This document shows, piece after piece, positions 1 through 7,517 of a stretch of DNA of 46,659 bases. The notes below the pieces were generated by a model. That model was not told the origin of the DNA and did no database searches. It saw only the letters and a program-made list of their open reading frames with translations. Positions within the stretch are counted from its first letter, which is position 1. Each line of letters begins with the position of its first letter. The translations under genes and the position numbers were made by a program. The stretch spans positions 1 through 46,659 of the forward strand of contig DAOUKZ010000177.1 of the NCBI GenBank assembly GCA_034420775.1, given 5' to 3'. The DNA is from Dehalococcoidia bacterium (GTDB lineage: Bacteria > Chloroflexota > Dehalococcoidia > SHYB01).

Positions 1-872
1 AGCGACTTGCAGAGCGCCTCGGACCCCTCGGCGAAGGAGCCGATGTGGTTGTAGACGAAGCGCGAGACGGAGCGGCGGCTTCCCCATCCCTGCGCGCCGG
101 CGTGGGAGGCGACGGCGGTCTTCAACTCGACGCAGCGCCGCCACAGCGGGTCGTAGTCGTAGGGGCTGTCGATGCCGAACATGTCGAGGCGGTAGGCGCG
201 CATGGCGAGGGCGGGGTCGCGCTCCGCGATGTCGGGGATGGGCCGCTTGACAGGCCGGACCATGATCGCCTTCAGGCCAAGCTCGTTGACGGCGTACTCC
301 ATCTCGTCGACGGCCTCGTCGGGGGTGTCCATCGGCATCAGCGCGGCGGGGGTGAGGCGGTCGGCGTAGGGACGGTAGAGGTCGGCGTAGAAGGTGTTGT
401 AGGCGCGGACCGCGGCGCGGCGGAGGTCAGGGTCGGCGATGTCGGGGAGGTTGCTGGCGTGGCTGGGGTACATGACGGCGAAATCGATGCCGAGCTCGTC
501 CATGCGCTCGGCGAGGAGCTTGGGGAAAGAGGCGGCGGCGCGGTCGCGGGTGTTCTTGGCGGGCTGGCCCCACCACGCCGGCACCGACGTCCAGGTGCGC
601 TGTCGCTCCTCCCTCGACATGCCCATCCAGCGGTCGGCGACGGAGGTGCGGTAGGTGAGGCCGACGCGCTCGAACTGCTCGACCATCGACGGCCCGCCGA
701 TCTCGCGGAGGCATTCGAGGACGTAGTCCTTGAGGACGGGCACAAGCTCCTGCAGGTGCCCGTCGGCGTCGACGACGGGATGCCCCAGCTTGGAGCGGAC
801 TTCCTGGGATTTCGAGGCGGCGCGGGCCACGCGGCTCTCCTTCGCCCCTGGCCACGCCGGGGGCGGCGCCAT
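1..872 (-). CDS. amidohydrolase-2 (PF04909/ACMSD-like) family protein, C-terminus cut by window edge
   Basis: Absent from the ORF track because it runs off the window. My hand translation of the minus strand from ATG 872..870 is open to position 1. It reads MAPPPAWPGAKESRVARAASKSQEVRSKLGHPVVDADGHLQELVPVLKDYV...AVRAYNTFYADLY...AVNELGLKAIMVRP...VASHAGAQGWG.... The D-x-D-G-H N-terminal motif and overall pattern match the other amidohydrolase-2 paralogs here. Confidence 0.75.
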   Translation of the reverse strand, partial: MAPPPAWPGAKESRVARAASKSQEVRSKLGHPVVDADGHLQELVPVLKDYVLECLREIGGPSMVEQFERVGLTYRTSVADRWMGMSREERQRTWTSVPAWWGQPAKNTRDRAAASFPKLLAERMDELGIDFAVMYPSHASNLPDIADPDLRRAAVRAYNTFYADLYRPYADRLTPAALMPMDTPDEAVDEMEYAVNELGLKAIMVRPVKRPIPDIAERDPALAMRAYRLDMFGIDSPYDYDPLWRRCVELKTAVASHAGAQGWGSRRSVSRFVYNHIGSFAEGSEALCKS

Positions 873-906
873 TCTAGCAAACGGGCCGGCGCCGGGCTGG
901 GTCGAC

Positions 907-2028
907 TTAGGGCGACTGGGCGTCCGTCAGGGAATAGCTGGTGCTCCGCCCGCCCTTGGCGCTCCGAGCGAGTATGCCGAGGTCCACGAGGGCCGTCATG
1001 TCCCGAAGGGCGGTGTCCTGGGATGATTTCGTCAGTTGCGCCCACCGGGTTGTCGTCAGCTTGCCGTCGAAGCCGTCAAGGAGGCGGTTGAGCATCAGGC
1101 GCTGGCGCGCATTGATTGGAAGCCCCGCAGTCCGCTCCCAGAACCGGGCCTTCGCCAATACCGCGCCGAGCTGCGCCTCGGCTCCCTCGATGGCCCGGCC
1201 GAGGCATTGAACGAACCAAGCCATCCATGCGGATACGTCCGTTGTTCCCTTCTGCGTGTGCTCCAGCATCCTGTAGTAGTCGGCCCGGTCCCGGCGGATT
1301 TGCGACGACATGCTGTAGAAGCGTTGCGGGCCACCCTCGGAGCGGGCCAGAGCCATGTCCGCGATGGCCCTGGCGACGCGCCCGTTGCCGTCGTCGAAGG
1401 GGTGGACGGTCACGAACCAAAGGTGGGCCAAGCCGGCCTTGAGCACGTCGTCGGTGGCGGCGGGGGCATTGAACCAGTCCAGAAAGCTCTGCACTTCTTC
1501 GTCGAGCCTGGCCGCCGCGGGAGCCTCGAAGTGCACCCGTTCTCGGCCGATGGGGCCGGAGACGACCTGCATGGGGCCCGTGCGGTCGTCTCGCCATGCG
1601 CCGACGGTGATCGGCCTGAGGCCACTGCGGCCCGTAGGAAAGAGCGCCGCGTGCCAACCGAACAGGCGCTCCTGAGTCAGAGGCTGGTCGTAGTGCTCCG
1701 TTGCGTCAAGCATCAACTCGACGATGCCGTCGACGTTGCGGTCGACGGGGCTCAGACCGCCGACATCCATACCGAGGCGCCGGCCCACGGATGACCGGAC
1801 CTGCTCCGCGTCAAGGAATTCACCCTCGATTTCGCTGGTCGTCACGACATCCTCGGTCAGCGTGTTGAGCAAGGCCTCCCTGCGAAGGTCGAAGCCAAGC
1901 GCCTCCATCTGGCCCAGGAGCCGGCCTTGCCGGTGCCGGACCGCGGCGAGTTGATCGGCGATTTCCTCTCGCCGCCAGTGAAGGCGAGGCCAATCGGGCT
2001 GCTCGTGGATGTATATACTCCGCAGCAT
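907..2028 (-). CDS. fic: Fic family protein (class II, intramolecular inhibitory helix)
   Basis: The 373-aa ORF carries the Fic active-site motif HPFDDGNGRVARA (HxFx[DE]GNGRxxR). An N-terminal TSEIEG matches the inhibitory [ST]xxxE[GN] motif. The C-terminal part looks like a winged helix. Confidence 0.9.
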   Translation of the reverse strand: MLRSIYIHEQPDWPRLHWRREEIADQLAAVRHRQGRLLGQMEALGFDLRREALLNTLTEDVVTTSEIEGEFLDAEQVRSSVGRRLGMDVGGLSPVDRNVDGIVELMLDATEHYDQPLTQERLFGWHAALFPTGRSGLRPITVGAWRDDRTGPMQVVSGPIGRERVHFEAPAAARLDEEVQSFLDWFNAPAATDDVLKAGLAHLWFVTVHPFDDGNGRVARAIADMALARSEGGPQRFYSMSSQIRRDRADYYRMLEHTQKGTTDVSAWMAWFVQCLGRAIEGAEAQLGAVLAKARFWERTAGLPINARQRLMLNRLLDGFDGKLTTTRWAQLTKSSQDTALRDMTALVDLGILARSAKGGRSTSYSLTDAQSP

Positions 2029-2112
2029 TTGCGGATATTATAGCCTGTATTCTCCGCAAATTGCCAAGTTTCTCCGCACACGGTGCGGAGAATACACGGC
2101 CTATTCTCCGCA
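2017..2112. promoter_or_regulatory. array of TATTCTCCGCA-type half-sites/palindromes in the fic-hicA divergent region
   Basis: Sites present: TCCGCA-GCATT-TGCGGA (2019..2035, spanning the fic start codon); TATTCTCCGCA (2048..2058); the perfect palindrome TTCTCCGCAC-ACG-GTGCGGAGAA (2070..2092); TATTCTCCGCA (2102..2112). A minus-strand TATAAT (2042..2037) lies 8 nt upstream of the fic ATG. Confidence 0.6.
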
Positions 2113-2154
2113 GCTTCGCAATTGGGCCTCATTGGCTTGGGATGGGTGCAAGGC

Positions 2155-2373
2155 GTGATCCTTGTCTCACTGAGGAAGATTCGGCAGGAAGACGCGGTGA
2201 AGGCCTTCGTCCGGCTGGGCGGTGAAGAGCGCAGGGGCAAAGGCAGCCACCGTGTTGTCAACCTAAAGGGGTACAATCTCTCGGTACCGGCGGGAGTTCT
2301 CAAGATTGGGCTGCTGAAGCACCTGATCAGGCTGGCGGATGTGACTGAACGAGAGTTCCTGAACAAGGTCTAG
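2155..2373 (+). CDS. hicA: HicA-family toxin (mRNA interferase)
   Basis: The segment ...LRKIRQEDAVKAFVRLGGEERRGKGSHRVVNLKGYNLSVPAGVLKIGLLKHLIRLADVTEREFLNKV matches the HicA/YcfA pattern (KGSH core, roughly 70 aa). The ORF is open from GTG 2083; the in-frame GTG at 2155 gives the canonical length. The start is uncertain. Confidence 0.75.
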   Translation: MILVSLRKIRQEDAVKAFVRLGGEERRGKGSHRVVNLKGYNLSVPAGVLKIGLLKHLIRLADVTEREFLNKV

Positions 2374-2394
2374 CAGGGCTGTGAGGAAGCGGCT

Positions 2395-2604
2395 ATGAAG
2401 ACGATCGAAATGACCGGCGCCTTGTCGAAGTTCACGGTCCTCGTTCATGAGGGAGAAGAAGGCGAGACCGGCTACTGGGGCGAAGTCGTCGAACTGCCCG
2501 GCTGTGTCTCACAGGGCGAAACGATCGCGGAGCTCAAGGTGAACATGGGTGAGGCGATCGAGGCGGTGCTGCAACACTCCGTCACTGGCGCCGTCGAGTC
2601 TTAA
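2395..2604 (+). CDS. hicB: HicB-family antitoxin (short, UPF0150-type, no obvious DNA-binding domain)
   Basis: The 69-aa product contains YWGEVVELPGCVSQGETIAELKVNMGEAIEAVL, typical of the HicB N-terminal domain. It lies immediately downstream of hicA, and GAGGAAG sits upstream of the ATG. Confidence 0.8.
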   Translation: MKTIEMTGALSKFTVLVHEGEEGETGYWGEVVELPGCVSQGETIAELKVNMGEAIEAVLQHSVTGAVES

Positions 2605-2648
2605 CGGTTCGAGCTGCCCTTCACCAGCGGCTGAATCTTCGCAAGACA

Positions 2649-2672
2649 TCTCCGCTTTGCATGCGGAGAATA
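2649..2672. promoter_or_regulatory. palindrome with the same half-site downstream of hicB
   Basis: TCTCCGC-TTTGCAT-GCGGAGA is followed by ATA, so the right arm reads TATTCTCCGC on the minus strand. It lies 45 nt after the hicB stop and about 45 nt upstream of the TATAAT at 2713. Confidence 0.5.
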
Positions 2673-2712
2673 GCCGCCTATCCTCCTCACCCCCTCCTGC
2701 GCCCTCCTTGGG

Positions 2713-2718
2713 TATAAT
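2713..2718 (+). promoter_or_regulatory. candidate -10 box (TATAAT) for the CoA-transferase gene at 2763
   Basis: A perfect TATAAT hexamer sits in an otherwise G/C-rich intergenic stretch, 45 nt upstream of the ATG. No good -35 is seen. Confidence 0.4.
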
Positions 2719-2762
2719 CCCGGCGCGTCCACAGCATCACGCCACGCCGAGGTATTTCCGCC

Positions 2763-5216
2763 ATGCCGTCTTCCCTGCCGCTGGAGAGCGTCAACGTCCT
2801 CGACTTGAGCCGCGACGTGGCGGGGGCGTATTGCACGAAGCTGCTGGCCGATTTGGGTGCGACGGTGCTGATGGCGGAGCCACCGGGCGGGCATCCGGCG
2901 CGCTCTGAGGGGCCCTTCCCCGGCGGCGTTCCTCACGCGGAGAAGAGCGGACTGTTCATCTACCTTGCGTCGAACAAGCGGAGCGTGGCCGTGGACGTGG
3001 AGACGGCGGCGGGGCGCGACCGCGCCGCCGAGCTCGCCGCGGACGCCGACCTCGTCGTCGAGAGCATGGCGCCGGGCAAGGTCGACGAGCTCGGCCTGGG
3101 CTACGACCGGCTTAGCGCGGGTCACGACGCGTTGGTGATGACGTCGGTGACGCCGTATGGCCAATACGGGCCCTACCGCGACTGGCAATCGGAGGAGATC
3201 GTCGGGTGGGCGCTCAGCGGCTATCTTTATTTTGGCGGCGACCCGGAGCGGGAGCCGCTGATGGTGCATAACCGGCAGGCCGACCTGCACGGAGGGTCTC
3301 ACGGCGCGCTCGGCTCACTGGCGGCGCTGTGGTGGGCGCGAAGGACGGGCCAGGGGCAGTACGTCGACGTGTCGAGCTTCGAGGCGATGCTCACCGCGCA
3401 CATCTGGACGACGACGATGTGGACGCAGCTGGGCGCGGTGATGGAACGCACCGGCTCCGACGTGATGAAGTGCCGCGACGGGTGGATTCACTTCCTGTCG
3501 ATGGCCGCCAGCCCCGAGCTGTTCGTCATGATCGACAAGCCCGAAATGATGGACGATCCCCGATTCCAAGACCGCGCGGGGTGGATGGCCGCCCAGCCGG
3601 AGATCCAGGCCCTGATCGCCGAGTGGTGCCTGGGCCAGAACAAGGAAGACGTGTGGCGTCTGGGCCAAGACCTCCGCATCCCCTGCGCCCCGGTCTACGA
3701 CGCCGCCGACCTTGCCGCGTCGGAGCACCTCAAGGAGCGCGGCTTCTGGTGGGAGATCGACCACCCCGAGGCGGGGAAGGTCGTCGTGCCGGGCGCGCCG
3801 TACCTCGTCGACGGCGAGACGTTGAAGCCGCGCGGGCCCGCGCCGCGAGTCGGCGAGCACGCCGAAGGCTGGCCGGCGGACCGCCGCGGCCGTTCAGCTC
3901 CGTCCAAGATCACGGCGTTCCGCACGCCCATCGAGCCCGACCCCAAGCCGGAGATGCCGCTGCCGCTGCAGGGCGTGCGCATCATCGAGGTGACGAACAA
4001 CTGGGCGGGGCCGGTGGCGGGCCGCAACCTTGGGGACATGGGCGCGGAGATCATCAAGGTGGAGTCGCCGCAGCGCATCGCGGCTCGGCAGGGGCATTAC
4101 ACCGGGAACCAACCGTTCCGCTATCACTGGAACCGTGTCTCCTATAACTGCAAGATGAATCGCAGCAAGTACGGCGTCACGCCGGACCTCTCGATGCCGG
4201 AAGGGCGCGACCTCTTCCTTGAGTTGGTCAAGGACGCCGACATCGTCATCGAGAACAACAGTCCGCGAGTGATGCGAAACCTCAACCTCACCTACGACGT
4301 ACTCCGCGAGATCAACCCGCGCCTGATCATGCTGCAGATCGCGGCGTATGGGCAGACGGGGCCGAACACCGACTTCATCGCCTACGGGGCGAACATCGAG
4401 GCCGCGAGCGGGCTGGCCTCGGTGACCGGCTATGCCGATGACGAGCGGCCCTACCGCACCGGCTATTTCTACGCCGACCCGGTCACCGCGACCCACGCGT
4501 CGACGGCGATCCTGGCCGCGCTCCACCGACGCGAGCAGACCGGCGAGGGGATGTACATCGACCTCTCGCTCCAGGAGAACGGGATTTCCTTCCTCCCGCA
4601 GTCGATGATCGACTACACGATGAACGGGAAGCTGCCCGAACGGCGGGGCAACCGGCACAGCGTCCACGCGCCGCAGGGCGTCTACCGCACCATCGGCGAG
4701 GACATGTGGCTGAGCCTCTGCGTGCGCTCCGACGACGACTGGCGGCGGCTCGCCGACGTGATCGGCGACGACCGGCTGCGCGACGAGCGCTTCGCGAACG
4801 AGGAGTCGCGCCGCGCCCACCACGACGAGATCGACGGCGTGATCTCCGGCTGGGCCCTTGCGTACGACCACAATGAGGCGTCGGCGATCCTGCAGGAGGC
4901 GGGCATTCCCGCGGCGCCGGTGCTCATGAACTGGGAAATGGTGAGCAACCTGCACGCCTATGCCCGCGACTTCTACGTGATCGTGCCGCAGCGCTCGATG
5001 GGAGCGTGGCCCTATCCGGGCATCACCTGGCATTTCTCGAAGACGCCCACGGAGATTCGTCTGTCAGCGCCCGACTTCGGCGAGCACAACCGCCTCGTGT
5101 TCGGCGACTACATGGGCTTGAGCGAAGAGCAGATCGACGACTTCTACGACCGGCGAGTCATGGCCGATCTGCCCCCCGAGGAGTTCCTCCCGCCGCCGCC
5201 TGCGTACCGGCCGTAG
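2763..5216 (+). CDS. tandem-fused family III CoA-transferase (two CaiB/BaiF domains in one 817-aa chain)
   Basis: The N-terminal half begins LESVNVLDLSRDVAGAYCTKLLADLGATVLMAEPPGG. The second half begins LQGVRIIEVTNNWAGPVAGRNLGDMGAEIIKVESPQR. Each half contains the GQxGP segment and an Asp-containing active-site stretch (RQADLHGG, FYADPVTA). Confidence 0.9.
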   Translation: MPSSLPLESVNVLDLSRDVAGAYCTKLLADLGATVLMAEPPGGHPARSEGPFPGGVPHAEKSGLFIYLASNKRSVAVDVETAAGRDRAAELAADADLVVESMAPGKVDELGLGYDRLSAGHDALVMTSVTPYGQYGPYRDWQSEEIVGWALSGYLYFGGDPEREPLMVHNRQADLHGGSHGALGSLAALWWARRTGQGQYVDVSSFEAMLTAHIWTTTMWTQLGAVMERTGSDVMKCRDGWIHFLSMAASPELFVMIDKPEMMDDPRFQDRAGWMAAQPEIQALIAEWCLGQNKEDVWRLGQDLRIPCAPVYDAADLAASEHLKERGFWWEIDHPEAGKVVVPGAPYLVDGETLKPRGPAPRVGEHAEGWPADRRGRSAPSKITAFRTPIEPDPKPEMPLPLQGVRIIEVTNNWAGPVAGRNLGDMGAEIIKVESPQRIAARQGHYTGNQPFRYHWNRVSYNCKMNRSKYGVTPDLSMPEGRDLFLELVKDADIVIENNSPRVMRNLNLTYDVLREINPRLIMLQIAAYGQTGPNTDFIAYGANIEAASGLASVTGYADDERPYRTGYFYADPVTATHASTAILAALHRREQTGEGMYIDLSLQENGISFLPQSMIDYTMNGKLPERRGNRHSVHAPQGVYRTIGEDMWLSLCVRSDDDWRRLADVIGDDRLRDERFANEESRRAHHDEIDGVISGWALAYDHNEASAILQEAGIPAAPVLMNWEMVSNLHAYARDFYVIVPQRSMGAWPYPGITWHFSKTPTEIRLSAPDFGEHNRLVFGDYMGLSEEQIDDFYDRRVMADLPPEEFLPPPPAYRP

Positions 5217-5217
5217 G

Positions 5218-5649
5218 TTACTCCGGGGGCTCGCGAAAGCCTTCGGCGTCTACGACCAGGCGCCAGCCGTTGTCGACGAGGGCTTCCTTGCTGACGCGCT
5301 GGAAGGCCAGGGTGTCGCTTCCCCGTATGAGGACGAAGACGTAGGTGTCGAGGTCGACGGCGTCGGCGATGGCGATCTCGGTCTCGGCTAGCGCGGGGAG
5401 GTAGGCGAAGTTCGTGGTGACACCGTCCGACGTGATCTTCAGCTCTTGGGCGTTGACGTCGAGCAGGCGGAAGATGAACTGTTCGTCGGCGTTATTCTCG
5501 AGCGTGAAGACCTGATCGACCGGCTGGGGGACGGGCGTCGCGGTCGGCTCGACCGTCGGCGCGGCCGTTGGGTCGCCGCCGCCGCAGGCCGCGGCGAGGA
5601 GCAAGACGATTGCGGCGGCGAGCGCCGCCCGCGCTGCGGTCAGGGTCAT
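5218..5649 (-). CDS. small hypothetical lipoprotein
   Basis: This is the C-terminal part of the spurious 544-aa track ORF. From ATG 5649 it reads MTLTAARAALAAAIVLLLAAACGGGD..., a signal peptide with lipobox LAAC. It lies 29 nt downstream of the SDR stop on the same strand. No family was recognised. Confidence 0.55.
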   Translation of the reverse strand: MTLTAARAALAAAIVLLLAAACGGGDPTAAPTVEPTATPVPQPVDQVFTLENNADEQFIFRLLDVNAQELKITSDGVTTNFAYLPALAETEIAIADAVDLDTYVFVLIRGSDTLAFQRVSKEALVDNGWRLVVDAEGFREPPE

Positions 5650-5678
5650 TCGCGCGAAGCCTCGGAGACGCTCATGGC

Positions 5679-6557
5679 CTAGGCGAGCATCTCCCGCGCG
5701 GCCGCGGCGAGGTCGTCCACGTCCCAGCGCTCCTTCTCCGTTTGCCGCGACGGCTCTCGGACTGGAGACATGACGGCGACGCTTTGCCGCTCCATCTCGA
5801 AGGCGAGCCCGGTGACGTCCTTCGATGCGTCGCTTGCCAGATAGACCACGATCGGCGCGATGTCCTCCGGCTGCGCCATCGTCGCAGCGAAGGCGTTCAC
5901 TTCCTCCTTGGGCATCCCCTCCACGGTGTGCAGCGATTCGAGGAAGTGGTCGACGGCGCGAGTCTGGGTGAGTCCGGGCGCGACGGCGTTCACTCGTACG
6001 CCGAACGGCTCCATCTCCAGCGACAGCGTGCGCATGAGCCCGAAGATCGCGCCCTTCGACGCGCCGTAGGCCCCGAGCCGGGTGACGCCCATGTAGTACG
6101 CCCCCGACGTGATGTTGATGATCGACCCCGACCGCTGTTCCTTCATCACCTTGGCCGCGTGCGCCGAGCAGTTGAACTGGCCGTGGACGTGGACGTCGAT
6201 TGTGGCCCGCCAGTCCTCTGGACTGAGGTTGTAGAGATAGTCGCGGCGGTCCATGCCGGCGTTGGTGACGATGACGTCGAGCTTGCCAAAGGCGTCGACG
6301 GCGCCGCGGACGATCTCGCCGGCCTGCTCGTAGTCGGTGACGTCGTGGTAGTCGGTGATCGCCGTGCCACCGGCGGCGGTGATCGCGGCAACCGTCTCGT
6401 CGGCGGGCGTGGCGTCGGCGCCATGGCCGGAGAGATCGGAGCCGAGGTCGTTGACCACCACCGACGCGCCCTCGACGGCCAGCGCGACGGCGTAGGCGCG
6501 GCCGAGTCCGCGTCCCGCTCCGGTCACCACGGCGGCCTTGCCTTCGAGGCGTTTCAT
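5679..6557 (-). CDS. SDR family oxidoreductase
   Basis: MKRLEGKAAVVTGAGRGLGRAY provides the TGxxxGxG motif, with NAG and a YGASK catalytic YxxxK. It is a paralog of the SDR at 36432..37376. Confidence 0.9.
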   Translation of the reverse strand: MKRLEGKAAVVTGAGRGLGRAYAVALAVEGASVVVNDLGSDLSGHGADATPADETVAAITAAGGTAITDYHDVTDYEQAGEIVRGAVDAFGKLDVIVTNAGMDRRDYLYNLSPEDWRATIDVHVHGQFNCSAHAAKVMKEQRSGSIINITSGAYYMGVTRLGAYGASKGAIFGLMRTLSLEMEPFGVRVNAVAPGLTQTRAVDHFLESLHTVEGMPKEEVNAFAATMAQPEDIAPIVVYLASDASKDVTGLAFEMERQSVAVMSPVREPSRQTEKERWDVDDLAAAAREMLA

Positions 6558-6571
6558 GGTGAAGTCTCCAG

Positions 6572-7495
6572 TTAGTCGACGGCGAGGCGTTGGTCTTGCG
6601 GCGCGGCCTCGACCATGCGCCGCATCCCCTCGCGCCAGGGCACCTTCGTCCTGCCGATGAGCCGGTGCATGAGGGTGGTGTCGCAGCTGTTGCCCGCGAT
6701 GAAGTCGTCGGTATAGCGGAACTTGGGCTCGATGCCGAGCAGCTCTCCGATGTACTCACACCAGTCCTCGGCGGCGACGGTCTCGCTGCCGCACCAGTTG
6801 ACCACGGTGGCGGGGGTGGTGGCGACCTCGCAGAACGCCTGCGCCTGCTCAATGATGTCGTCTTCGTAGACCGGGTTGTAGTTGTTGGGCCGCTCCGCCC
6901 GGAGGGGAATCTCCTTGCTCGCCTTCATCAGGTTCATGTGCATGGCGGGGAGGCCGCCGTTGGGGCCGTAGGGAACGTTGAGACGGGCGATGATCGTGGG
7001 GAGCCCGAACTCGGAGGAGACGAAGCGGGCGACGGCCTCGCCGCAGAGCTTCGACGGCCCGTAGGTCGGCGCCATGGAGGCCATGGTCTGGCTCATGAGC
7101 GGGCTGTCCTCGCCGTAGGGCGGGTCTTCGGGGCCACCGTAGACGGCGGTGGTCCCGCAGTGGAAGAAGGCCTTGGCCTTACGGGTGTGGTACATGAGGT
7201 GCCCCACGCCCTCGCCGTTGACCTTGATGGCGTGGTCGAAACTCGGCCGGGTGCGCCCCGTCTGGAAGGCGAAGTGGAGGACGTGGGTGTAGTCGTCGGG
7301 GACGTGGCCCAGGTCGTCGAGGGCGTAGTCGCCCTTGATGCACCGGATGCCGAGGGACTCCAGACGCTCACGCGAGCCCTCGGCGGTGAAGCGGGCCAGG
7401 GCGTGGACCTCGTTGTTCGGCGCCAAGGCTCTGGCCACCGGAAAGGCGACCTGGCCGGTCGCACCGGTGATCAGAATCTTGGCGTCTTGCAGCAT
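6572..7495 (-). CDS. NAD-dependent epimerase/dehydratase family protein
   Basis: ILITGATGQVAFPVARAL is a Rossmann GxxGxxG motif, and YGPSK is the YxxxK motif. The product is 307 aa. Confidence 0.85.
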   Translation of the reverse strand: MLQDAKILITGATGQVAFPVARALAPNNEVHALARFTAEGSRERLESLGIRCIKGDYALDDLGHVPDDYTHVLHFAFQTGRTRPSFDHAIKVNGEGVGHLMYHTRKAKAFFHCGTTAVYGGPEDPPYGEDSPLMSQTMASMAPTYGPSKLCGEAVARFVSSEFGLPTIIARLNVPYGPNGGLPAMHMNLMKASKEIPLRAERPNNYNPVYEDDIIEQAQAFCEVATTPATVVNWCGSETVAAEDWCEYIGELLGIEPKFRYTDDFIAGNSCDTTLMHRLIGRTKVPWREGMRRMVEAAPQDQRLAVD

Positions 7496-7517
7496 TGAAG
7501 GGCCGCGCCGGGGTGCG

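Noticed and set aside
45-1091. 348-aa + strand ORF at the window start
   Set aside because: It is Gly/Ala/Val/Arg/Asp-rich with no motifs. It lies antisense to a minus-strand frame that translates cleanly into an amidohydrolase-2 protein (1..872) and into the 3' end of fic. This is a typical high-G+C shadow ORF.
5218-6852. 544-aa - strand ORF
   Set aside because: Only its last 143 codons (from ATG 5649) look like a real gene, the lipoprotein. The upstream part is an off-frame overlap of the SDR and epimerase genes with Arg/Pro/Gly-rich composition.
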